Source: Planctomycetota bacterium (GTDB lineage: Bacteria > Planctomycetota > UBA8108 > SXIK01). Taken from it: a stretch of 64,000 nucleotides of DNA. Made by a program: the position numbers and the translations under genes. Numbering within the stretch: the first letter of the stretch is position 1; every line of letters starts with the position of its first letter. The DNA is taken from the NCBI GenBank assembly GCA_965223845.1, contig CBDCXR010000004.1:5792001-5856000 (forward strand), given 5' to 3'. Shown here in pieces: positions 7,398 through 16,858 of this stretch. The notes below the pieces were generated by a model. The model was given only the letters and a program-made list of their open reading frames with translations. It was not told the DNA's origin and did no database searches.

Positions 7398-9803
7398 GTG
7401 TTCTTCGCACTGGCCGTGCTCGCGCTCGTCGCGCCTGCGTCTGCCGGCGCGGAAGAGGCGCGTTCGTTCTTCGCTCGGGTCGCGCTTGTCGCCGGGGCGG
7501 CCGGCTCGCTCGCAGGTATCGTGCTCGTCGCGCGCCGCCGGCGGGCTTTCCTTCGCTTTTTGCTCGGCCGCCTCGCGTGGATGTCCGTGACTCTCCTCGG
7601 CATCACGCTCGTGACCTTCGTCATCCTCCGGCTCGCTCCGGGCGATCCCGTTCTCACGGCATCGGCGATTCGAGCGTCGTCCGCCGAAGGGATCGACACG
7701 ACGGGACTCTCCCAGCACGTCGGTCGCGCGCAGAAGGAGCTCCTCGGAATCCTCCGCCGGCACCAGTACGAGCTGATCGCCGAGGATCCCGATGGCGACC
7801 CCCTCGAACTCGAGATCGATTGGGCGGACGGCACGCCGCTCGAGAAGATCGGTCGCGGTGGAGCGTTCGCCTCGGGCGAGCGTGTTCTCGTCGAGCACGC
7901 GTGGTCGGCGCCGGGCGACTACGCGGTGCGAGCTCGCGCCATCGACTCTCGCGGCGCTGTTTCTGCGTGGTCGGAGCCGCTTTTCGTTCGCGCGCGCGAG
8001 CCGGGTTCGCCGCTTCCGCCGCCCGTTTCGCGGGTCGCGGCCCCGGGTGAGCTCGCCCCGGGCGTCGCGGCGGAGTTTCGCATCGACGTCGACGGCGGAG
8101 GCGACGAGCTCGCCGTTGCGGTCGATAAGGGCGACGGCCTCGGAGCTCTCGTCGTTCCGCGGTCGACCGCCGGAGGCTGGCGTCGCGACCTCGCGTGGCG
8201 CGCACCCGGAGTCTTCGATCTGCGCGCGCGGACGATCGCTGCGGACGGCGCGGCGTCGCCCTGGTCGCAACCGACGACGATCGTCGTTCTCGCACCGAAC
8301 GCGAGCATCACTCCGCCGGCGATCGAGCTGCCGCGATCGGGCACGGTGGGAGCTCCGCTCGTCGTTCGCGCCCGGAGTGCCGCGCGGCCCGCGCTCGACG
8401 AAGCGGGGCTCGAGCTCCGTCTTCGCATCACTCGGCCGTCCGGTGCGGTGGAAGAGACCCCGCTGCGCTCCGCGCGTTCGGGAGAATGGCTTTCGTTCGA
8501 GACGACGTTCGAGGAGGCCGGTTCGCACCGAGTCGCGGTGGTCGCGACCCATCGCGCGGTTCCCGGTGAGAGCGAAGTCTCACCCGAAGCTTCGATCGAC
8601 ATCGATTCGAAGAACCGCGTTCCGGTCACGCCCCTTCGGCCGGTCGGCGAGAGCGAGGCGCGCGTCGAGACGACCACTCTCGAGCAATACGCGACGTGGC
8701 TGGGCCGGATCGTGCGCCTCGATTTCGGCGAATCGCTCCGGTTTCAGCGCGACGTCTGGAGTGTGATCTGGGAGGAGCGACTGCCGAAAACGCTCTCGCT
8801 CGGTTTCTTTTCCCTCCTTCTCACGTACCTTCTCGCCGTCCCGATCGGCATCTACGCGGCGACGCGCGCGCGGAGCTTTACGCAGAAAGGGGTGAGCGCG
8901 CTTCTCTTCGTTCTCTACTCGCTCCCGTCGTTTTGGGTCGCGACGATGCTCATCGTTCTCGTCGTCGGAATCCCTCAGATCGCGGTCCACCATCTTCATT
9001 GTGACGACCCGAGCGTGCACGAGGTCGGACCCGGGTTCCTCGTTCCCGCGTTCGCGCTCGCGACGGCAATCGGTCTCGCCTCGGCCACGACGCGGCTGAT
9101 CGGCGCCCGCAGCCTAGGTCGCGGGGGCTCCTCGCTCGTCTTCGCCGTCGTGGTCGCGAGCCTCGCGGCCGCGCTGATCGCTTGGACACCTCGATCGGCT
9201 GCCTCGGCGTGGGCGCTCGCCATTGCCGGCACCGGTGCAGCCGGGCTCGCGGCCGCGCTCGGCGCACTCGGCGACTCGGGAGACGGCCGCTGGGGCGCCG
9301 CATTCGCGCGCCGTGCGGTTCTGCTTGCGGGGGTCTTCGCGTTCATCGCCTGGTCTGTCGAACGCGACTACTTTTGGCACGCCCTCCTGCCCGTGACGTG
9401 CCTCACGTACGGCAATCTCGCTGCGCTCTCGCGCTACGCGCGCTCGGGGATGCTCGAAGTTCTCTCGCAGGACTACGTGCGAACAGCGCGCGCGAAAGGG
9501 CTCTCCGAGCGGGCGGTCGTTTACAGCCACGCGCTGCGAAACGGAGTGCTGCCGCTCGTGACGATCTTTGCGAACGTCTTCCCCAGTCTCATCACGGGAT
9601 CGGTCATCGTCGAGACGATCTTCACGATCGATGGCACGGGACAGCTTCTCGTCGAGTCGATTCTCAACCGCGACTACAACGTCATCATGGCGATGACGAC
9701 GCTCACCGCTGTCCTGACGCTCGCCGGCTACCTCGTCTCGGACATCCTCTACGTCATCCTCGATCCCCGCGTCAGTTTCGACGGAGGCGCGCGCGTGCGA
9801 TGA
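7398..9803 (+). CDS. oppB: Peptide ABC permease OppB/DppB with large PKD/Ig-like and membrane insertions
   Basis: N-terminal TLLGITLVTFVILRLAPGDP; QYATWLGRIVRLDFGES; EAA loop RSGMLEVLSQDYVRTARAKGL; HALRN; 801 aa because of inserts. Confidence 0.88.
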   Translation: MFFALAVLALVAPASAGAEEARSFFARVALVAGAAGSLAGIVLVARRRRAFLRFLLGRLAWMSVTLLGITLVTFVILRLAPGDPVLTASAIRASSAEGIDTTGLSQHVGRAQKELLGILRRHQYELIAEDPDGDPLELEIDWADGTPLEKIGRGGAFASGERVLVEHAWSAPGDYAVRARAIDSRGAVSAWSEPLFVRAREPGSPLPPPVSRVAAPGELAPGVAAEFRIDVDGGGDELAVAVDKGDGLGALVVPRSTAGGWRRDLAWRAPGVFDLRARTIAADGAASPWSQPTTIVVLAPNASITPPAIELPRSGTVGAPLVVRARSAARPALDEAGLELRLRITRPSGAVEETPLRSARSGEWLSFETTFEEAGSHRVAVVATHRAVPGESEVSPEASIDIDSKNRVPVTPLRPVGESEARVETTTLEQYATWLGRIVRLDFGESLRFQRDVWSVIWEERLPKTLSLGFFSLLLTYLLAVPIGIYAATRARSFTQKGVSALLFVLYSLPSFWVATMLIVLVVGIPQIAVHHLHCDDPSVHEVGPGFLVPAFALATAIGLASATTRLIGARSLGRGGSSLVFAVVVASLAAALIAWTPRSAASAWALAIAGTGAAGLAAALGALGDSGDGRWGAAFARRAVLLAGVFAFIAWSVERDYFWHALLPVTCLTYGNLAALSRYARSGMLEVLSQDYVRTARAKGLSERAVVYSHALRNGVLPLVTIFANVFPSLITGSVIVETIFTIDGTGQLLVESILNRDYNVIMAMTTLTAVLTLAGYLVSDILYVILDPRVSFDGGARVR

Positions 9804-11143
9804 ACGTGAAGACCGAGCGATCCGAGAATGAACGAGCCGCGAACGCGCCGGACGCTCTCCCCCAGGACTACTGGAGCGTCGTTCGCCGCCGCTTTCGCCG
9901 TCGGCGATTCGGGGTCGCCGGGCTCGCCGTTGTCGGAGCGCTCGCTGTCGTCGCGGTCCTCGCTCCGCTTGTCGCGAGCTCCGCTCCGCTCGCGATCCGC
10001 CTCTCGGCGCCCGTGCATGACCTCTTCGGTGAGCGGGTTCTCGTGCCGTCCGGCTGGAGCTTTCCTCTCTTCGCGAGCCTCACGCGCATCGATCTCGTGC
10101 TCCTCGCCGCGCTGGGCGCGGTCGCCATCGTGCTCTTGCCCCCGCTTTTCTCGCCCCGTCGCGCCCAGCGCGTCCGCCGCGTCGCTCGCCGACTCGCGTG
10201 CGGCGTGTTCGTCGCATCGCTCGTGTTGACCTTCGTCGTCTACGAATCGAAGCGGACCCTCCTCGCGCAGATCGACTTTCACGAAGTCGAGGCGTCCCTC
10301 AGCGACGGCGACTTCAGTTTTTGGCCACCCGTCCGCTTCGGACCGGAGTACCTCGATCGCCGCGTCGACAACTGGCAGCGACCGCTCTGGCTCGGGCTGA
10401 GCGAATTCGAAATCGGTCGGGCGGAGCGGATCGCGGGCGAGAATTGGCGCGATCGCTACGCGGCGCACGCGCTGGGGACGGATGACAGCTGCCGCGACAT
10501 CCTCTCTCTCCTCGTCCACGGGACTCGCGTGTCCCTTTCGGTCGGCCTCGTCGCCGTCGGCATCTACGTTCTCATCGGAACGATCCTCGGCGCACTCGCC
10601 GGGTATTTCGGCGGTTTCGTCGACGTCGTCGTCCTTCGCAGCATCGAGATCGTGAGCTGCTTTCCGAGTCTCGTGCTCGTTCTCGCCGTCGTTGCGGTTC
10701 TCCCGCCGAGTCTCTTCATCGTCATGGCGGTCATCGGGCTCGTCGGCTGGCCGACGGTGGCGCGGCTCGTCCGCGGGGAGTTTCTCCGGCTCCGCGAGCA
10801 GGACTTCGTCACGGCCGCCGCGGCGCTCGGTGTCCGGGAGACGCGCATCATCTTTCGCCACGTCCTACCGAACGCGATGGCGCCCGTCCTCGTCACCGCG
10901 ACGTTCGGCGTTGCGGGGGCGATCCTGCTCGAATCCGCGCTCTCGTTTCTTGGGATCGGCGTCCCGGTCGATCTCCCGACGTGGGGAAGCGTTCTCCGCG
11001 TGGGACGCGAGATGCCACAGACGGCTTGGTGGGTTTCACTCTTCCCCGGTCTCGCGATCCTCGTCACGATCCTCAGCTACAACCTCTTTGCCGAGGCGCT
11101 CCGCGACGCGCTCGATCCGCGCCTGAAGGGAGATGTGACGTGA
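9800..11143 (+). CDS. oppC: Peptide ABC permease OppC/DppC
   Basis: ATGA overlap with oppB; [58 protein letters not shown]. Confidence 0.92.
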   Translation: MNVKTERSENERAANAPDALPQDYWSVVRRRFRRRRFGVAGLAVVGALAVVAVLAPLVASSAPLAIRLSAPVHDLFGERVLVPSGWSFPLFASLTRIDLVLLAALGAVAIVLLPPLFSPRRAQRVRRVARRLACGVFVASLVLTFVVYESKRTLLAQIDFHEVEASLSDGDFSFWPPVRFGPEYLDRRVDNWQRPLWLGLSEFEIGRAERIAGENWRDRYAAHALGTDDSCRDILSLLVHGTRVSLSVGLVAVGIYVLIGTILGALAGYFGGFVDVVVLRSIEIVSCFPSLVLVLAVVAVLPPSLFIVMAVIGLVGWPTVARLVRGEFLRLREQDFVTAAAALGVRETRIIFRHVLPNAMAPVLVTATFGVAGAILLESALSFLGIGVPVDLPTWGSVLRVGREMPQTAWWVSLFPGLAILVTILSYNLFAEALRDALDPRLKGDVT

Positions 11144-12144
11144 CCGCGGCGCCGCCGGATCCCATCCTCGCGGTGCGAGATCTGCGAACACGCTTTCGAC
11201 TCGAGGGCGGCAGTCGGCGCGACCAGCGCTGGGCGAACGCGGTCGACGGGGTTTCGTTCTCCCTCGCGCCGGGACGCACGCTCGCCCTGGTCGGCGAAAG
11301 CGGCTGCGGTAAGTCCGTGACGGCGCTCTCGCTTCTCCGGCTCGTGGCTCCCCCGGGGGAGATCACCGGCGGTGAAGTTCGGTTCGCCGAACGAGACCTT
11401 CTCGCTCTCGACGAACGCGAGCTCCGGCGAGTGCGCGGGGGCGAGATCGCGATGGTATTCCAGGAGCCGATGACGTCGCTCAATCCAGTGCTGACGATCG
11501 GACGGCAGGTGGCCGAAGTCGTCGAGACTCACCGCGGCCGATCGGCGCGCGCGGCTCGGATCGAGGCGGCGGCGCTGCTCGCTCGCGTCGGGATTCCCGA
11601 TCCCGAGAGGCGTCTCGATGAATACCCTCATCGCCTGTCCGGCGGGATGCGCCAGCGCGTGATGATCGCGATGGCGCTCGCGGGAGAACCAAGGATCCTC
11701 ATCGCCGACGAGCCGACGACCGCGCTCGACGTCACGGTGCAGGCGCAGATCCTCGATCTCCTTCGCGCAGTCCAGCAGGAGACGGGGATGGCGATTCTCC
11801 TCATTACGCACGACCTCGGCGTCGTCGCGCAGATGGCCGACGATGTCGCGGTGATGTACGCGGCGCGGGTCGTCGAGGAAGCGAGCGCGCGCGATCTCTT
11901 CGCAAATCCGATGCACCCGTACACGCGCGGCCTCTTCGCGGCGCTTCCGCGTTTCGACTCCTCCGCTCTGCCGCGGCCGATTCCCGGATCGGTTCCCGAT
12001 CCCACCGCTCATCCGGCGGGCTGCGTGTTTCATCCGCGGTGCTCCGAGCGCGTCGACCGCTGCGCGCGCGTCGTTCCGGCGCTCGCCGCTTCGGGTCGCC
12101 ATCGCGTCGCATGCGACGTGGTTCGGGGAGAGACGGACTCGTGA
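11140..12144 (+). CDS. oppD: Peptide ABC transporter ATP-binding protein
   Basis: GTGA overlap; [27 protein letters not shown]-terminal GCVFHPRC. Confidence 0.93.
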   Translation: MTAAPPDPILAVRDLRTRFRLEGGSRRDQRWANAVDGVSFSLAPGRTLALVGESGCGKSVTALSLLRLVAPPGEITGGEVRFAERDLLALDERELRRVRGGEIAMVFQEPMTSLNPVLTIGRQVAEVVETHRGRSARAARIEAAALLARVGIPDPERRLDEYPHRLSGGMRQRVMIAMALAGEPRILIADEPTTALDVTVQAQILDLLRAVQQETGMAILLITHDLGVVAQMADDVAVMYAARVVEEASARDLFANPMHPYTRGLFAALPRFDSSALPRPIPGSVPDPTAHPAGCVFHPRCSERVDRCARVVPALAASGRHRVACDVVRGETDS

Positions 12145-13109
12145 GCGAGAACGGCGCACCGCTCGTCGAGCTGATCGACGTGGAGAAGGAGTTTCCGATC
12201 CGCCGCTCGGCGTTCGGTCGCGTCGAGTCGCGCCTACGCGCCGTCGACGGTGTTTCGCTCGCGATCGCGCCGGGAGAGACGCTCGGGCTCGTCGGCGAGA
12301 GCGGCTGCGGGAAGTCGACCCTCGGCCGACTCGCGCTCCGTCTTCTTCGCCCGACCCGCGGCCGCGTTCGCTTTGACGGTCGCGACCTCGACGCACTCGG
12401 TCGCGAGGAGCTCCGCCGACTCCGGAGCGAGATGCAGATCGTTTTTCAGGATCCGTACTCCTCGCTCAACCCTCGACTCAGCGTCGGGGCGAGCATCGAC
12501 GAAGGTCTCGCGGCACACGGATTCGAGGATCGACCGGCGCGCACCGCGCGGGCCCTCGAGGAAGTCGGCCTCGCCGCCGACGCCGCCCCACGGTTTCCGC
12601 ACGAGTTTTCGGGTGGTCAGCGCCAGCGGATCGGGATCGCGCGAGCGATCGCGCTCGAGCCGCGGTTCATCGTTTGCGACGAGCCGGTCTCCGCGCTCGA
12701 CGTGTCGATCCAGGCCCAGATCCTCGAACTCCTCGCTCGCCTGAAGTCGTCTCGCGGCATCGCGTACCTCTTCATCTCGCACGACCTTTCGGTCGTCCGC
12801 GCCATCAGCGATCGCGTTGCGGTGATGTACGCCGGACGCGTCGTCGAGCTCGCTCCTCGGGACGACCTCTACTCGAGCGCGCTTCACCCGTACACACGCG
12901 CGCTCCTCGCGGCGGTCCCGATTCCCGATCCCGCGGTCGAGCGGAAGCTCGAAGTCACCGGCGACGCGCCTTCGACGATCGAGCGGCCGGCAGGATGCGC
13001 GTTCCACCCGCGCTGTCCGATCGCGATCCCCGGGCGCTGCGACCGCGACGATCCTCCGCTCGTCGACAGCGGCGGGCGCTCCGTCGCCTGTCCGCCGGCG
13101 CTCGAGTAG
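12141..13109 (+). CDS. oppF: Peptide ABC transporter ATP-binding protein
   Basis: GTGA overlap; [45 protein letters not shown]. Confidence 0.93.
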   Translation: MSENGAPLVELIDVEKEFPIRRSAFGRVESRLRAVDGVSLAIAPGETLGLVGESGCGKSTLGRLALRLLRPTRGRVRFDGRDLDALGREELRRLRSEMQIVFQDPYSSLNPRLSVGASIDEGLAAHGFEDRPARTARALEEVGLAADAAPRFPHEFSGGQRQRIGIARAIALEPRFIVCDEPVSALDVSIQAQILELLARLKSSRGIAYLFISHDLSVVRAISDRVAVMYAGRVVELAPRDDLYSSALHPYTRALLAAVPIPDPAVERKLEVTGDAPSTIERPAGCAFHPRCPIAIPGRCDRDDPPLVDSGGRSVACPPALE

Positions 13110-13418
13110 GTCCCGTTCCCGTTCCCGACTGGGCGAATGGAAACGTCTCCGGGAGCTCGCCGGTCGGTTCTCTCCTCTCGCTCCCCGACGGAATCGGTGA
13201 CGCGGACTGCTTCTCCGGAACTTCGTTGGAAGTCCAAAGGATGGACACCCGGGCGAGCCGAAAAAGTGATCGGACCGACCGTCCGGTGCGACGGTCGGCG
13301 CGAAGGGCTCCGCCGGGGACCTTCGCACGGTCTGAACCTCTTCGTCGACTCTGCACACTCGTTTCCGCTGCGGACGCCCATCCTACGGACGGCCACAACG
13401 TCGATCTGGAGACTGCAC

Positions 13419-14723
13419 ATGCGCTCGCTCAACGTTCTCACCATGATCTTGGCCGGGGGAGTCGGCCAGAGGCTCTTCCCGCTCACGGCGAATCGCTGTA
13501 AGCCCGCGGTGCCGTTCGGAGGGAACTTTCGCATCGTCGACTTCACCCTGATGAACTGTGTGCTCTCCGGTTGCCGGCAGATCCACATCCTGACGCAGTA
13601 CCACGCTCAATCGCTCAATCGCCATCGCGTCGAGCGGTGGAACTGCCTCTCGAGCGAGCTCGGTGAGTACATCCACCTCGTCCCGCCGAAGCTGAACGGC
13701 GCCCACGGCGTCTACCGGAGTACGGCCGACGCCGTCTTTCGCAACCTAGACATTATCGAATCGTCGCGGCCGGACGTCGTCCTCATCCTTTCGGGCGATC
13801 ACGTCTACCGAGCCGACTACCGTAAGCTCATCGAAGCGCACCTCGACCGCGACGCTGACGTCACCGTCCTCACGGGCGAAGTCGACGTCAACGACGCGTC
13901 GGCGTTCGGCTGCGTGCAGCTCTCTCCCCAAGGCCGCATCACGAGCTTCGTCGAGAAGCCGAAGGATCCGAGTCCGTACGCGCTCGATGGAAAGTGCCTC
14001 ATCAACCTCGGCGTCTACTGTTTCCAAACCCGCTATCTCGCCAAGGCTCTCCGCGAAGACGCCCGCCTGCAGGATTCAACGCACGATTTCGGGAAGGACA
14101 TTCTTCCGCGTGCGCTCCGGCGCGGATTCGTGTCATCCTGCGGTCTCGAAGTCGTCACGCCGGACGGCAGCTCGTACTGGCGGGACGTCGGGAGCATCGA
14201 CAGTTACTTCCAGGCGAATATGGATCTCCTCGCGCGCACGCCGCTCTTCGATCTCCGCGACACGCGTTGGGCGTCGTGCTCGCGATTCCACGAATGGGTA
14301 CCGTCGCGCCACACGGTGACGGCGACGATCGGCGGCCGGAAGATGCAGGGATCCAATTTGATCGGAACCGGCGTTCACATCGACAACGCGCAGATCGTGA
14401 ACAGCGTGCTCTCCAATCGAGCGGAAGTCGGTACCGGATCCGAGCTCGAGCAGTGCATCCTCTTTCCCGGTGCGCGCGTCGGCCGCGGCGCCAAGCTGCG
14501 CCGAGTGATCGTCGAGCAAGGAGTCGAAATCCCGGACGAGACGGTCATCGGCTTCGACAAGACGGACATCGCGGGACACGTGATTTCGCCGAACGGCGTC
14601 GTCGTCGTCGCTCCGCCGGAGACGGTGGTGACCGAGAGCCCGATCGAAGCAAAGGCCGAGGATTTCGACGCGGTGGGAAACGGAGCCGAGCCGCGGCTGA
14701 ACGTCGCCGAGCTGACGAGCTGA
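13419..14723 (+). CDS. glgC: Glucose-1-phosphate adenylyltransferase (ADP-glucose pyrophosphorylase)
   Basis: ILAGGVGQRLFPLT..RCKPAVPFGG, LSGDHVY, FVEKP, HDFGKDILP, YWRDVGSIDSY, C-terminal left-handed beta-helix; GGAG RBS before ATG 13419. Confidence 0.92.
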   Translation: MRSLNVLTMILAGGVGQRLFPLTANRCKPAVPFGGNFRIVDFTLMNCVLSGCRQIHILTQYHAQSLNRHRVERWNCLSSELGEYIHLVPPKLNGAHGVYRSTADAVFRNLDIIESSRPDVVLILSGDHVYRADYRKLIEAHLDRDADVTVLTGEVDVNDASAFGCVQLSPQGRITSFVEKPKDPSPYALDGKCLINLGVYCFQTRYLAKALREDARLQDSTHDFGKDILPRALRRGFVSSCGLEVVTPDGSSYWRDVGSIDSYFQANMDLLARTPLFDLRDTRWASCSRFHEWVPSRHTVTATIGGRKMQGSNLIGTGVHIDNAQIVNSVLSNRAEVGTGSELEQCILFPGARVGRGAKLRRVIVEQGVEIPDETVIGFDKTDIAGHVISPNGVVVVAPPETVVTESPIEAKAEDFDAVGNGAEPRLNVAELTS

Positions 14724-14743
14724 CCGCGGCGCGAGGAAGACCG

Positions 14744-14794
14744 AGAAACGGTCGACGAGTCAGACCCCGGAGTCTGTGCTCCTCGACCGTTTCT
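14744..14794. terminator. Long hairpin between convergent genes (probable bidirectional terminator)
   Basis: AGAAACGGTCGA (14744-14755) is the perfect reverse complement of TCGACCGTTTCT (14783-14794); inner CAGAC/GTCTG stem. Confidence 0.6.
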
Positions 14795-14846
14795 TCATTG
14801 CTCGAAACACGCCGCATCGCGCGGGCTTCCCGCGCGGAATCCGCGT

Positions 14847-16685
14847 CTATTTCTTCATGAGCCGCTCGACCGCGCGGCGAAGGATCATTCGATCCATGTC
14901 TCGCGGATCGGCGACGTAGAAGGCGATCGCCCCTTGCCGATCGAGCACGATGCACGAAGCGCTCGGCCCGATCGTCGCGTGCACCTCTTTGAAAAAGGAT
15001 TGGCGCTCGCGATCGGGATCGATTCCCGCTGGAAGCCCGATTCCCTGCGCCTTCGCTTCGTCGCGTAGGTTGCGAAGCTTCTCCGCGTCGCGCCCGGGAT
15101 TCGGTTTTCCGACGACGTACGTGACCAGCGCTCCGGCGACCTTGTCGGGGTTCTCCGCAGCGAGGCGCCCCGCTTCCTGAGCGAACGTGAGCGAGCGGAG
15201 ATCACCGGGCGTGCGAAACATAAGAATCACGACCTTGCCGCGCGAGTTCGCGAGGCTGAGCTTCTCTTCGGTCGCCCAGTAGGAGCCGAAGTCGAGGTCG
15301 AGCGTGGGCACCTTGCCGTGGTAGTCGTCGAGGTGGAGAAGGAGATCGCGCGTGCGATAGTCGAGCGTGATCGCGACGACTTGGTCGAGCTTCTTCCCTT
15401 CGGCGTCGAGCTTCGCCTTGAGGCTCTCGACCTGCGCGACGTGCGCTTCGAAGGACTCGCGCGCGCCGTCGATGTCCCCGCGAGCGAAGCGGCAGTACCC
15501 GATCCAGAAGTGCGCGACGTTGTACCACTGCGCGTACTGGACGCGGAGGTAGTTCCGCCGGACACTCTCGGCTCGGAGGGGATACTCGACGAGGATGCCT
15601 TCCATGAGCTCCTCGATCTCTTCGAGACGAGCCGTCCCGAGCATCCCCTGGTAGAGGACGATGTTGTAGATCGCGAGCTCATCGTCTGCGTCGCGCTCCT
15701 TCGTGACGCGCTTCGCGAAGTCGTACGCTTCCTGATAGCGACCCTGGCTGATGAAGGAGCGCCCGTGCGAATAGATCACGTCGCCGAGAAGATCGAACTT
15801 CGGAAACTCCTTCTCGAGCATGGCGGCGTACTTCCGAAGCGAATCGAAGTCGCGCTGCCGCTCGGTGATCTGGACGAGAAGACGGAGCGCCTCGGCGCGG
15901 ACCTCGCGCTTGTCGAGCTTCGTCGCTGAGCTCTCCTCGGCGAACTTCTTCGCGCTGTTGAGATACTCTTCGCTCCATGCAGCGAGTCTTTCGCGATCGT
16001 TTTCGAACTCGCGCCGCTTCGCATGCTGCACGCGCGCGAAGCGCCCGAGCACCATGCGGGAGAGGATGCCCTTGATCTCCGTGTCGAGTTCCCCGCCGCC
16101 GCAGTCTTTGAGAAAGCGCTCGCAAACGGCGATGCAATCGATCATGTCTCGATCGATCTCATCCGGTTTCCGTTGCATATCACGAAAGAACCGCGGCACT
16201 CCGGAGGAGAGCGATCGAGCTGTGATGAAGGCCTCCCGACACTCGGCTGAAAGTGCGAGAACGAGCTCGTTCGTCTTTGGGTACGGCACCGCGCTCTCCG
16301 CGTTCGGTGTCGTTTCGCCGCTCGTAGCGGCCGGCGAAACGACCACCGTGGTCGCGGAAGAGTCGTCGGCGCTCGTCCCGTCGGCTTGGGCGGCAGGCGT
16401 CGCTTCAGCCGGCTTCGCCGCCGGTGCCGCTGGATCGTTCACTGTGTCGCCGGACGTCGCGCTCTTCGCAGGCGCCGGATCCGTCGCCGGCGCGATCGGG
16501 CTCGGTTCTCCGCGCTTGCAAGCCCCGACGCCGAATCCAACCGCGACCGCGAGTGCGGCGCAGCCGATGATCCGCGTCGAAGCGCGGCGCTCGCGCTGGT
16601 GTTCCTTGCGCCCCGTCCGAACGCGCGTTTCGACGCCAGCGAGGCGGGTGAGGAAACAACCGCTACGAGCGGTGGACGAATTCAT
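14847..16685 (-). CDS. Putative lipoprotein with TPR-like helical region and C-terminal thioredoxin-like domain lacking CxxC
   Basis: AAGGAG RBS before ATG 16685; hydrophobic stretch ending VGVGAC (lipobox-like); Ala/Pro linker; helical repeats; LSLANSRGKVVILMF and IVLDRQGAI resemble TlpA/ResA. Confidence 0.7.
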   Translation of the reverse strand: MNSSTARSGCFLTRLAGVETRVRTGRKEHQRERRASTRIIGCAALAVAVGFGVGACKRGEPSPIAPATDPAPAKSATSGDTVNDPAAPAAKPAEATPAAQADGTSADDSSATTVVVSPAATSGETTPNAESAVPYPKTNELVLALSAECREAFITARSLSSGVPRFFRDMQRKPDEIDRDMIDCIAVCERFLKDCGGGELDTEIKGILSRMVLGRFARVQHAKRREFENDRERLAAWSEEYLNSAKKFAEESSATKLDKREVRAEALRLLVQITERQRDFDSLRKYAAMLEKEFPKFDLLGDVIYSHGRSFISQGRYQEAYDFAKRVTKERDADDELAIYNIVLYQGMLGTARLEEIEELMEGILVEYPLRAESVRRNYLRVQYAQWYNVAHFWIGYCRFARGDIDGARESFEAHVAQVESLKAKLDAEGKKLDQVVAITLDYRTRDLLLHLDDYHGKVPTLDLDFGSYWATEEKLSLANSRGKVVILMFRTPGDLRSLTFAQEAGRLAAENPDKVAGALVTYVVGKPNPGRDAEKLRNLRDEAKAQGIGLPAGIDPDRERQSFFKEVHATIGPSASCIVLDRQGAIAFYVADPRDMDRMILRRAVERLMKK

Positions 16686-16858
16686 GGCCTTGGGCTCCTT
16701 TTGAGGCGGTGCGATCGGCCCGCGTCTCCGCGGGGAGAACCGATGGGAGAGGTACCGCGGGGCGGTCGATTCTCGGAGAAAAACGCTCGATGATAGGAGT
16801 TTTGCTGTCGCCGGCAAGAGCGAGAGTCGGGGAGTGCTCCCGCCGGCAACGGGATCGA

